Below the pieces are notes generated by a model that made no database searches, was not told where the DNA came from, and saw only the letters and a list, made by a program, of their open reading frames with translations. From the NCBI RefSeq assembly GCF_018350175.1, contig NC_058369.1, forward strand, positions 111,352,001-111,416,000: DNA of 64,000 bases. Direction: 5' to 3'. The position numbers were made by a program, and so were the translations under genes. Below are positions 12,440-23,924 of this stretch, piece after piece. Each line of letters opens with the position of its first letter. The first letter of the stretch is position 1. Source of the stretch: Felis catus. Lineage: Eukaryota.

Positions 12440-14450
12440 AAAAAAATGATGAGTGAGAGAGACGAGAATAAATCCTAGATTCTTGACTCATGCAATTGAG
12501 TATTGCTGTTCACTCAGATGAGACAATTAAGTGAGCAAAACATTTTGAGTGGGAGGAGAATATAGGTTTTCTTTGAGCTATTTAAAATTTATGATACCTG
12601 TTTGATATTCTAGATCTAAGGAAAGATGTTGAAGCAGCTGAATATGAAGTTTGGAGCTCAGGAAGACAATGGAATTGTTTATATTAATTCAGTTGTTACC
12701 AGAATATAGCTGTTTCAGAGGAGAAAGCAGATTGGAAGTGTATCGAAAATTCTAGGTTTCTATTTTTTTTTTTTTTTGGAGATGGCTCAGGTTCTCCTGA
12801 CATGAAATTCCTTCTTTATAAAATAAAGGTTTGGAGAGCATTATTACCAATGACTACATTTTATATGTATATGATCTCCACTCATAAGTTACTGTTTTAT
12901 GTCAAGAAACATTTCTTTTACAAACCATCAAGGAATTCTGCCCTTGGAAGATCATTTTGCTATTTGGCTTTTTTGCCGCATCATCATAGCATTATTCATT
13001 CTGGCATTTTTCTCCCTCAGGTTTCCTTTAGTACATCACAACTATAGATGAAGCCAAAGGAACTCACTAGAACAAATGGCATTGTTTCTTTATTGCACAC
13101 CAAGAATTGTTACATACATATCTTTGTCAGTGAGGTTGTAAATACTGACCCAATGTGATCTGTGGACTAAATGATGAGATTTGTGGGTATGTCCATGACC
13201 TCAAAAATACATTAACAGGTCAGATTTCAGGTTTTTTGTTAAAACATACATATGGCATGTTCTGTGAACACTCAGCATTTGGTCAGTATTAGAGGTTTTC
13301 TTTGACAGTCTTGCTATCTATGGAAAACTATATTCTGGGAAATTAACACACAGTTTGTCTCGTCTTTGGCTGAACTAACAGTAGTAATATGAGTCTCTTA
13401 CTTTCAAAGATGCTATGATTGTGTCCTGGTGCCCTTTTTGAAATGCGTTACCTTACTGACACATTAATATCCTATTTAAAATGCCACTGGATTCAGAATT
13501 AATGCAGTCACTATTTACTTTAACAAGAGAGATTTTGGTCATATGGTGTGGTTGAAAGCCTTGTTGGCATGAATTCTAAAGAGAATGGGAAAATAGAAAT
13601 GAAGACAGTGAAAAGAGATAAGGAGTTTTGTTGTGAAGGGAGTTAAATAATGGGGTTGGTTGAGGGGAGCAAGGGAGGTTTTATTTAAGATCGATTATCA
13701 TTTTGAAAATGTGCAAATAAGAATATTCCAGCAGAGAGGGGAAATGTGTGTTGGAGGACAGAATGGATAATTGCAGGAGTAGGTAGGATCCAGGTCATAA
13801 GCCGAGGGATTAACTGAGAATAAGAGCAAAGACATTGCTTTCCAAAGAACAGGAGCACGAAGGGTGAATAGGAGAGCTTGCTAAATGTGATGGTAGCCGG
13901 ATGTTGAGTTTCCCTTTGGAGGCTTCTGTTTCCTCAGTGAAATAAGAAGCAAAGCAGGCAGTGAATAAAAGGTCTGAATATTAGAGGTTGGAGGGGACAG
14001 GCAGTAGTTTGAAATTGTCAAGGAAAGAGTGGGAATGAATTAACTAAAGAAATGTAGTAGGACTGTCAGGCAGCACAGAGGACCCTTTTGATGGTTTTGC
14101 TCGTGAATTTGAAGAGAAACATTCAACATGATTGTAATTTGTTTGTTTGTTTCCTAGCTTATTCAGCTGCTTGGGTTTGGCAGAGATTCAGTATTAATCA
14201 AGGTTAGAAGTCTTACTTTTCCAGTAAAACCCATGTTGAAAAGGGCAAGAGAGTTGAAGACAGTATAAGGGAGTCATTTTTATTGATGGAGAATGGAGCT
14301 TAGTCCAGCAAGGAGGGAAGGGGCGGGGGATAAGAGAGGGTGGGCAGCAAGAATGTGGTAGGCTCAATTGCTTAGAGCACCCTCCAGAGCTGAGGAGAGG
14401 TTAGGGTCAGAATATTCTGATGATCCAGAAGGGAATGATGTTCGAAACTG
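12440..14450 (-). mobile_element. Degraded L2 fragments (interrupted; ~12440-12720 and ~13500-14450)
   Basis: Purine-rich antisense L2-like text (gctgaatatgaagtttggagctcaggaaga; ggcttctgtttcctcagtgaaataagaagcaaag). Confidence 0.5.
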
Positions 14451-14481
14451 CGATTTAGGAAAGTACACAAGCTACCAATAA

Positions 14482-14649
14482 ACACCAGGGTGACTCAGTC
14501 AGTTAAACATTCAACTTTTGATTTTGCCTCAGGTCATGATTTCATGGTTTGTCTGATCGAGCCCTGCGTTAGCTCCTCACTGATGGTAAAGAGCTTGCTT
14601 GGGATTCTCTCTCTCCATCTCTCTCTTTCTGCCTCTCCCCTGTGCACGC

Positions 14650-14695
<46 letters not shown>

Positions 14696-14723
14696 AAAAT
14701 AAATAAATAAACATTAAAAAAAA
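14482..14723 (+). mobile_element. CAN-SINE
   Basis: gggtgactcagtcagttaa...tcaggtcatgat...(CT)n...aaaataaataaataaacattaaaaa. Confidence 0.9.
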
Positions 14724-16039
14724 TAGACCAAGGCAAAGGTATAATCACAGCTGTGGGAGCTAAAGTAGAACAGAGGAAAAAGACCATTAGAGGTTAGGAG
14801 TTCAAGGTACTGAGTGGCCATGTTGGGACTGGGACTGGAAAGAAGACGAACAGCAATAGGGTCACCCTTTTACTTAACAGGTGGTATTTATAGCTTCCTC
14901 TTGGTTATTAAATATGCCCCATCGTCAAACATCCAGAAGCTATAGAAGTCGCAGCCACTGCTCAGTAAGCAGGGACTTTGGACGTGGCATTTCCTGGACA
15001 GTGGTCCTGTGCTTGCTGGTGGACCTTTCATGAACGGCCCCTCAGTTCCAGTCTCATGGCCACACATCCCATATTTTTTACTCTTTCTTACTCACAGAGG
15101 TTCTTATGCTCAGGAACTTTTGAACCCCCTCCCAGAGGTGTCTGCTTCCTTCATACATGTCTTTGGCCCACCAGCTCTGATGAGCTAGCTCCCATGAGTT
15201 TCTCCAGCTAAGCTTTGGTAATGAGAGGGAGAAGTCCTGCAGCTCACCAAGCATCCATCCAGAAGATGGAACTATAGCAATCTGCCTGCAGATAGTCCCT
15301 CTGAGGGGCTCTTGCAGCCTCCTTCACCTGACTAATACCTTTCTTTAGATACAATCTTCTCCCCACAATAGCCTCTATACCCTGCTCTTGTATATCTCGT
15401 CTGAGATGAGTGATGGAGGTAAGCTTTGCAAGACTGATGAGCTCTAGCTCTCTCTCTCTCTGTCTCTCTCTCTGAAGAATGGATGGATGCTTGTCACCCA
15501 AAGTCCTTACCCCTGGTGTCCCAGCCCAAACTGGGACTTTTTAATGAAAACCCTGCTTATTTTCTATGGCGTTATATGTTCTTTTTCTAACAGCCAATTA
15601 AATGGGATCCTAGAGTTTTATAGTGAAAGTTTAGAAGTATTACATTGTCCCTTTTCTCCAAAATCTCAGCAGTATGCAAGGTATTATGTATTTATGATAT
15701 GAAGAGCTGATTAGCATTGGTACAAAAGTCCTGCAAATAATTTCCTATAAAGTACTTAGAGACATTTAAAGCATGATGGGATGATTATTCTTATGCTGAC
15801 AGCCCAGGAACAATAGAAATTAGATTGTAGGCACAAAGGAAATTAATATTTAATTTGCCTTCTTCATTTTGACATACATTTTGATTGATAGATATTCTCA
15901 TAGCTTGATTATGTCTAACTTAAGATTGGTGATGTTTACATCTTATTTGTGGCTTATCCTAAATTGTTCTTTATTTCTCTAGAATCTTGTTCTCAACCCA
16001 ACCAAATATAGTATAAGCTGCAACTCTCTCCAACAAGAT

Positions 16040-16470
16040 CTTCCAGCATTCTCCCCATCTTCTTGTGCTCAAACCCCACCAGCCTTTCATTTGCTTTAAT
16101 GCCACTAAACTCCTTTTTCCAGCACACATACTGTGCCTTGGGCCAGAAATGCTCTCTACCCTTATTTCAAACCCTCATACACATAACTGACAACTCCTTT
16201 TCTATCCTTCCTCTTTCATGTCTCAGCCTAAACATAGCACCCTCTAAGTGAAACCTCCCATAGCCATGCACAGTTGTGCTCCTGTGCCAACTAGGGTGTA
16301 CTCTTAGAACACTCTGTGATTTTCATTTTCATTTACCATACTTGAAAATAAGAATAAACTTATTTATCTATTTGGTGCCTTTCTAACACACTAAACTATA
16401 AGCTCCATGAGGGCATGGTATCTTGAACGTAGTTGGCGCTCAATCAATATTTATTGAACAAATGAATGAA
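16040..16470 (+). mobile_element. L2 LINE 3' fragment
   Basis: actaaactataagctccatgagggca...tagttggcgctcaatcaatatttattgaacaaatgaatgaa terminus. Confidence 0.7.
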
Positions 16471-16649
16471 AACTCCCAATAATTTTACCTACAGTGAAAT
16501 TTAAGGATTTCATCACTGTGTGCATAGCCATCTGAGGTTGTGTGGCCTGGAGGAAAGTCTGTAAGCCTAAAGTGGGTAAGACACCCTTCAGAGTTGGAGT
16601 ACTAGGTATTCTAACTCTAAGCATGTATTTAGTCTTAGAAACATAGTTA

Positions 16650-16856
16650 GGGGCACCTGGGTGGCTCATTTGGTTAAGTGTCCAACTCTTGATTTTGGCT
16701 CAGGTTCTCACGGTTTGTGAGTTTCAGCCCCACGTCGGGCTCTGCACTGGCAGTATGGAGCATGCTTGGGATTCTCTCTCTCTCCCTCTCTCTGCCCCTC
16801 CCCCACTTGTATGAACTCTCTCTCTCAAAATAAATACAAATAAACTTTTAAAAAAA
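16650..16856 (+). mobile_element. CAN-SINE
   Basis: ggggcacctgggtggctca head; TSD agaaacatagtta / agaaacatagata. Confidence 0.93.
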
Positions 16857-17954
16857 GAAACATAGATATGTATGAGGTAAGCTGAAACTGGACATAGAAA
16901 AATCAGTATTCATGATTTTAGTGGTTGTATTCTAAGTGTGCTGCTCATTAGCAATATTTGGCATGTTGTTTACATGGGCACTGATGTAACAGAACACTAA
17001 TCACTGTTGAAAACACAGGATCTGCAGATGATCAGTCAGTGGGGACCTTATCAATTAAAACAAGATCTACTGTAAGATGAAATCATCTTGAGTATTTTAC
17101 CCCATTTATTGAGCTTTTATACTATGATATTTTGCTATTGTTTACATTAGGTATGTTGTCATTTTTTAAAATCATTGATCAATTAATTCATATACTTCTG
17201 AAGATTAAATACAATGTAATTTATAAAGTCAAGAAAAGGCCTAAGTACTAATTTTCAATTACAAATAATTTCTTCTTCCCTCTTATTTAGTTTAGATATG
17301 TTCATAAAACATTTCTACTATAAATTTTTTAATCCCCCATCTTTTTAAAGTTTAGGATTTCAAAATCAATATTTCCATGTTTTACCGGTATATATAAGAG
17401 GGTGTTTATCATTTGACCAGTTAGGTATGGGAAAATTAGATATGGGAAAATTAGATAAACAAGGATTTCTCATTTGTGTTTGTATTTTATAGTGGTTGAC
17501 ATTTGTCATAAAAATGAGACTGTGGAAGTTTTCCATTACCGTTCCATTATTTCCATTACATTTTCTCTTTGCAGAAAAATATTCTCAGGTCTATTTGGAT
17601 TAAACTGTCATAGTACAAACTGTACTTATAAAAGTTTCCTGGTTCTCCCAGAGGAAGCTTATTTACCTTTTTCCCACCATTTTCTAAGTGTGTTAAAGAG
17701 TAATCCGATTCTTAAAAGCACCTAAACACCTTATTCTCTGCCTGCTACACCAATACAATATAGAAATGATGGGACTGCTTCAGATTCAGTATTATTGAGG
17801 AAGTTTGTTGCATACAAATTCGTTCTGAAATTGATGTTCAGAAATTAGGAAACAGAATGTACTGAAGTAGAGTCATTAGAAATCAAAGTGTATTTTGCTT
17901 CTCTGTTACCACCAAGGACTATTGAATTTTGAACCCCTGAACACTCTCTTCTAG

Positions 17955-18218
17955 CTGCTTTCGAAATCTATTGAACAACTGAAGCAACCAGGCAGTCACC
18001 TCGANNNNNNNNNNNNNNNNNNNNNNNNNNNNNNNNNNNNNNNNNNNNNNNNNNNNNNNNNNNNNNNNNNNNNNNNNNNNNNNNNNNNNNNNNNNNNNNN
18101 NNNNNNNNNNNNNNNNNNNNNNNNNNNNNNNNNNNNNNNNNNNNNNNNNNNNNNNNNNNNNNNNNNNNNNNNNNNNNNNNNNNNNNNNNNNNNNNNNNNN
18201 NNNNNNNNNNNNNNNNNN
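17955..18218 (+). CDS. HDAC9: HDAC9 coding exon 12 (mostly N-masked; 3' end inferred)
   Basis: Visible 17955-18004 encodes LLSKSIEQLKQPGSHL(E) after a pyrimidine tract and TAG. The end coordinate is inferred from the 88-codon human exon (...EQAAFMQQ) and is hidden in Ns 18005-18280. Confidence 0.88.
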
Positions 18219-18269
18219 NNNNNNNNNNNNNNNNNNNNNNNNNNNNNNNNNNNNNNNNNNNNNNNNNNN
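18219..18269 (+). CDS. HDAC9: Inferred MITR/HDRP-specific C-terminal tail (read-through of the exon 12 donor; human VIGKDLAPGFVIKVII*)
   Basis: Fully masked. The arithmetic fits: 88 codons, 16 codons plus stop, and 11 nt lead exactly to 18281, where attgcaggttttggtaaatggata resumes and resembles the human MITR 3'UTR start as I recall it. Confidence 0.65.
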
Positions 18270-20785
18270 NNNNNNNNNNNATTGCAGGTTTTGGTAAATG
18301 GATATTTCCTATCCTGTTTATATTTCTGAATGATTTGATTTTAGTGTTTAAGGATTCTACTTAATACATATATATCTATATAGAGATTTCTCTATATACT
18401 GGTTTCTATATAGATATCAAGGTTTCATTGAAACTCCACTGGTAAGGAAATACTTGTTACACTAAAATTATACTACATAAGTATACACATAATTAATAGG
18501 CTTTAAATTCATCCCAAAGCCCGCCACACCAATTACTTCTAAGGAAAACGAACTCACTGTTGTTTTTAGTTTATCTGTTGAGATCAGTGACTGCTGGATC
18601 AAGTCACCCAGTCTGATCAATGAAACATTCTATTAGTTCTTGAATTTTTTTTTTCTTTTGGTATATAGAATTCAGTTTTCACATTGTTGTACATAATGTA
18701 TCATACTACAGTCTTGAACACTGTTAAAGGTAGTCTGCCCCTTCCGTCCTCTCTCTTTTTTGTTAAGTTAAATGTTCTGGTTACCATGCCAATAGTCCTT
18801 AGGTTATTGTATAGATTGCAATTGAAAATATTAGGAATAGAGGTGGTTTTAAATATATAGATTGCAAAGTACAGCACTATTTTAAATATTACATTATGTC
18901 TCACCTAGCACTGCTCATTTTACTTTTATCTTGTGTTATTGGATGACATTGTCTATCAAAAAAGATCAAATGAAGCCGATGCAAGTATCGGCAAGGAGTA
19001 ACGTGCAGCATTATGGTCCAATCAGATACTATATTGTATCTACAATTGTAGAAAACGTAGTAATGGTATGATGATTATCTGATATGAAGTCACAATTATG
19101 TTTAAAAGAAGAAGGTGTATCATATTTCATAATCATATCACTAGGATCTCTTAGGCATGATTCCATAATGACCCGGCATATACCATACCATTTTGGCAAA
19201 TAAAAATTTAGCAAAGTTAGGCTTAACAACAGAATCTACTTGTATATAATGCACCTTCAGAAGGACTGTGTCCTTTGATGCTATGAAATACAAACAACTT
19301 TGAAGGCAACAGAAGACTCTGTTTATTTAAGTCAGTTCTTTGTCAGGTTCCTGCTGTTCTACAGAAAACTGATTCTATGCGGCTGAACAGGAAATGCCTT
19401 GTGGAAACAGGAAGTCCAAGTGATTCATGTAATGAGGAATGTAGGGGGGGAAAAACGNNNNNNNNNNNNNNNNNNNNNNNNNNNNNNNNNNNNNNNNNNN
19501 NNNNNNNNNNNNNNNNNNNNNNNNNNNNNNNNNNNNNNNNNNNNNNNNNNNNNNNNNNNNNNNNNNNNNNNNNNNNNNNNNNNNNNNNNNNNNNNNNNNN
19601 NNNNNNNNNNNNNNNNNNNNNNNNNNNNNNNNNNNNNNNNNNNNNNNNNNNNNNNNNNNNNNNNNNNNNNNNNNNNNNNNNNNNNNNNNNNNNNNNNNNN
19701 NNNNNNNNNNNNNNNNNNNNNNNNNNNNNNNNNNNNNNNNNNNNNNNNNNGTGTAGTATCCTGTTTCAAAGGAGATAGAACAATTTTGCCAAATGTAGAC
19801 ATTGTAACAACTGTATGTTATTGGCACGTGTTGTTTACATTTTGCTGTGACATTTAAAAATATTTCTTAAAAAAAGGTCACTGCTAAAGATACATTATCC
19901 TTTTTTAAAAAGTCTCCATTCAAATTAAATTAATATAACTAGAAGTTAGAAAGTTTAAAACTTTTCCATATAACGAAAGTCCTGATAATTTGACAAATAG
20001 CTATAATAGGNNNNNNNNNNNNNNNNNNNNNNNNNNNNNNNNNNNNNNNNNNNNNNNNNNNNNNNNNNNNNNNNNNNNNNNNNNNNNNNNNNNNNNNNNN
20101 NNNNNNNNNNNNNNNNNNNNNNNNNNNNNNNNNNNNNNNNNNNNNNNNNNNNNNNNNNNNNNNNNNNNNNNNNNNNNNNNNNNNNNNNNNNNNNNNNNNN
20201 NNNNNNNNNNNNNNNNNNNNNNNNNNNNNNNNNNNNNNNNNNNNNNNNNNNNNNNNNNNNNNNNNNNNNNNNNNNNNNNNNNNNNNNNNNNNNNNNNNNN
20301 NNNNNNNNNNNNNNNNNNNNNNNNNNNNAGTACAGTTGGTGGACATTAATTGTTTGAATTTGATAGTCTTTGAATTTAATCAAGAAACTACCTGGAACCA
20401 GTGAAAAAGAAAGCTGNNNNNNNNNNNNNNNNNNNNNNNNNNNNNNNNNNNNNNNNNNNNNNNNNNNNNNNNNNNNNNNNNNNNNNNNNNNNNNNNNNNN
20501 NNNNNNNNNNNNNNNNNNNNNNNNNNNNNNNNNNNNNNNNNNNNNNNNNNNNNNNNNNNNNNNNNNNNNNNNNNNNNNNNNNNNNNNNNNNNNNNNNNNN
20601 NNNNNNNNNNNNNNNNNNNGTGTAAACTTGATCTATTTAATCGAATTTGAAGCTCATGCACTAGGTCTCGTATACCAAAATATATTTGCCATTTGTTGTC
20701 GAAACAAGAAAATGAAGATATTTTGAGCAATTATTTCTCGTGCCATTAAAAATAATAAATCCAACAATGATTTTAACCTACTTAT
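18270..20785 (+). other. HDAC9: 3'UTR of the MITR/HDRP (HDAC9 short, deacetylase-less) isoform produced by intronic polyadenylation
   Basis: Repeat-free, AU-rich ~2.5 kb directly after exon 12, with three masked blocks, Pumilio elements and miRNA seed matches, ending at tandem ATTAAA/AATAAA. Confidence 0.78.
20745..20759 (+). terminator. Polyadenylation signals ATTAAA (20745-20750) and AATAAA (20754-20759) for the MITR isoform
   Basis: Both hexamers are seen at the end of the UTR-like block, with T/GT-rich sequence downstream (~20820-20880). Confidence 0.65.
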
Positions 20786-21544
20786 GTCAGCCATTATCAG
20801 ATAGCAAACACAGGTAAAATTTGTTGCCTCTTCATTTCCCCAGTGTGGCCTCTTTTTTCATGATATGTCATCATCTTTGATGTCACCTTCCAAATATAAA
20901 ACTTTATATTGATAAATGTTAATTCCTAACTTTGCTCAACTTAAAAAATTATTTTTAAAAAGGTTAACATAATTCCTTCAGTGTAACAAGCACTCAGTAA
21001 ATAATAAAATAAATAATGTTCCATGTATCATAATAATTTTATCTATTACAGTGACAGCCTGACCTACAAGTATAAAGTAACAGTCCATAAATTTAAAGAG
21101 AAAAAAATAATTAAATGACTTCCCCTTAGATGGAAACAATGATTCTAACGCTAGAGTAGAGAACAAGGAGCCTGGCTCAGGTAAAGGAAACTGGACCATA
21201 GACATCCATGCGCCTTGACAGACTGTGCTCCTCTTCTGGTCAGTTGCTAGCACAATTTAAATCAGTCAGTACTTCATAACTTCATAATGTGTTACCTTGT
21301 TTTTGTCTCAGCGGGTTAAAAATATTTGTTTTATATTCTTTGATTCCCTTAATCTAAACTTTAATGTCTTACAAATTAAAATTACTCCAACTCACAACAA
21401 TATTGCATTGGATTATTAAGAATTCTGGAGCTAAATATCACTGTTACAAAATGGATTATTATTCCATAATGCCATAAATCTGATAATTTGATCAAAATTG
21501 TTGGAATACCATTAGTTATAATTTTCTAAAAATTGCCTTTGGAC

Positions 21545-21754
21545 TTTTTTTTTAATGTTTTATTTATTTTTGAGACAGAGACAGAGCATGAGCAGGGGAG
21601 GGGCAGAGAGAGAGAGGGAGACACAAAATCCAAAGCAGGCTTCAGGCTCTGAGCTGTCAGCACAGAGCCCGACGTGGGGCTCGAACTCACAAACCGCAAG
21701 ACCATGACCTGAGCCGAAGTCGGACATTTAACTGACTGAGCCACCCAGGCACCC
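21545..21754 (-). mobile_element. CAN-SINE (SINEC_Fc-like)
   Basis: Full-length antisense copy; TSD tgcctttggacttttt / tgcctttaggcttttt. Confidence 0.94.
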
Positions 21755-22609
21755 TGCCTTTAGGCTTTTTATAAAATTACAAGAAGAACCTGATACCAGA
21801 GATCCTCAAAAAGGAGTTGGAGGAACCAATTAGATAATGGTTTTATACTGCATTTCTGATTTTCAAACTGTAAAGTGGAAGTTCAATAAAAAGTATCAAT
21901 CTCACGTTAAAAACTTTTTCTTTAAGAAAAATACTTTTTGCCAGGAATTGCAGTTACTAAACATTAGATTTCCTCTTCTGGCAGTAAAAATCCACCTTCT
22001 CATTGGTAAAGGTGGCTGCTGAAATGGAGACTGCTACTTTTAATTAATCTGAAAAAGACTATCTTTAAGAAATTTTTACTTAGTTTTATACTTTTTTCTC
22101 TAAAGGATATTAAAAAGGAATTCAGACACTCAACATTTTTTTTGAAACCTAGTACTCAACGGATATATAGGTAGACAAGATTATTTTTTTTAATTTGGCA
22201 TTTCTTTGTGATTATTTCGATAATGGTAATGGAATTGTGGGTATACAATTGTGAGTTAATAATGATAAATAATCAAGGTAATTACCAATTACAATCAAGA
22301 ACTTGGAAATGCAAGAGAAGGAATTCTAGATGTAGATTACCATTCCCTTTGTTCTTGATAATTCCTCCATTGGGGTTTTAAAAGGAAAGTACGGGAGGGC
22401 AATCAAAGAATTCTGGCAAATAAAACAAGATACTGGGAATGTGACTTTTCAGAACTTATCTATTTAGATTTAAAAAGTTCTCTATTCTAATTTTATAATA
22501 CCTTCTTTAAGGCTTATAAAGTGGAAGGTTTAGACCATGCAACCTTTTGGGGTCATCTTGATTTTAAAAAAGACTTTCACTTTTAACTATTGCAAACATA
22601 TGTCTAGTA

Positions 22610-22790
22610 ACTTGTTTAGTTCTCACAACAACCTTAGGAGGTAGATATTATTTCTCATTGTAGAGATGAGGGCACTGGGGCACAAGGAAGTTAAATAAGG
22701 CCAAGGTCACCCAATCAGTGACAGTCTAGTCCTAATTTGAACCCAGGCACTCTGGCACTGGAGTTCTTGTTCTCTCCTTTTACTACCGCA
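22610..22790 (-). mobile_element. MIR SINE
   Basis: ctcacaacaaccttaggaggtag...gatgagggcactggggcacaaggaagttaa...ccaaggtcac core. Confidence 0.75.
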
Positions 22791-22842
22791 CTGCATTTAA
22801 TGCAACAATTCTTTTCACCTATACAGGTTTATTAATTCACCA

Positions 22843-22843
<1 letters not shown>

Positions 22844-22885
<42 letters not shown>

Positions 22886-22945
22886 CCCTCTTCTCTCTTC
22901 CCTCTTCCCTCTTCTCTCTTCTCTCTTCTCTCTCTCTCCTTTCTT
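22844..22945 (+). repeat. (CT)n / (CTCTT)n pyrimidine microsatellite
   Basis: Direct reading. Confidence 0.95.
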
Positions 22946-23449
22946 CCAGCCCCCCATCAGCATTTCCGAACTGTTTTGAATCAATTTTCTCTTAATCATT
23001 GTTTCCTTGTTGTCAAGTAGGAGATCAGGACTCTTTTTTTTTTTTTTTTTTGGTCTAATGCACAGATGAGAGACTTAATTCTTGGACACATGATATTCAA
23101 CCATTTTGAGTCATGAAAATTTGTGAGTTTCTTTTTTTCTGACCCAAGCCAGTGTTAGGATGAGGGAAAACAGAATACCTGCCCTTGAGATTAATTTTGG
23201 GGGGAGAGGAGAAAAGATTTCAACTAGGTCAAGCTCTCCTTTGCTACTTCTTATCTTTATTTCCCAACCAAGGCCAAGAACCCAATTTCTAAGCACCTAG
23301 AACGCTGCCTTTTAAAACCTTTTTTTGACTTCTGCTCTTGATAATTATTTTGAGCTAAAATAGTCTGTATAAAATGTTGGGGAGAGGAAGAACAGAGACA
23401 TTTGTCTTGAGTTCTTGTCTTTCTAGGTGATTTTTCTGTTGAAAGATGC

Positions 23450-23620
23450 ATAAAAATCCTCCTGAGGGAAGTTGCTGGCAATTCAGATTCTGACTGCACC
23501 TCCTAGAGGTTCTGATTCTGTTGTCCCAACATGGAGCCCAGGCATGTAATTTTTTAAGCCCTTTGGGAGAGTCTGATTCAGATATAATGTTCTGGAGGTG
23601 CCCAAGGGCCCTAAACCACT
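23450..23620. mobile_element. MER5-like hAT-Charlie DNA transposon remnant
   Basis: cagattctgactgcacctcctagaggttctgattctg...ggagcccaggcatgtaattttttaag...aaccact. Confidence 0.55.
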
Positions 23621-23924
23621 TCCTGAATTATGGCCTGATTTTCAATAGCTTTTACCTAAGATCCTTGAACTCTTCATTCATAGTTTCCAAAATAGACTAT
23701 ATTCTATTTTTTGTGTATTGTTCTGTTTCATTTGCATTTTAACTCGACTACAGATTATTCTCACAATATTTACTGCTGTTACTTCTTTGATAGTATTTGT
23801 CCTTTTGGTTTATTTTTCTCTTCTAATTTAAATAATTGCTTAGCCTGTTTATAGAGTATTATTCACCAATACTTGGCAAATTATTTTTCTTCACAAGTTG
23901 TGAGCTATTTGTTGCAACATAGTT

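Larger units (their letters stand above)
29..17954 (+). other. HDAC9: HDAC9 intron 11 (GT...AG, ~17.9 kb)
   Basis: Donor gtaagc at 29; acceptor cccctgaacactctcttctag ending at 17954. Confidence 0.88.

Noticed and set aside
18005-20619. Idea that the N-blocks are miRNA or lncRNA exons of a host gene such as RMST
   Set aside because: The flanking peptides identify HDAC9 exons 11-12 and the MITR UTR; no recognisable miRNA sequence is visible.
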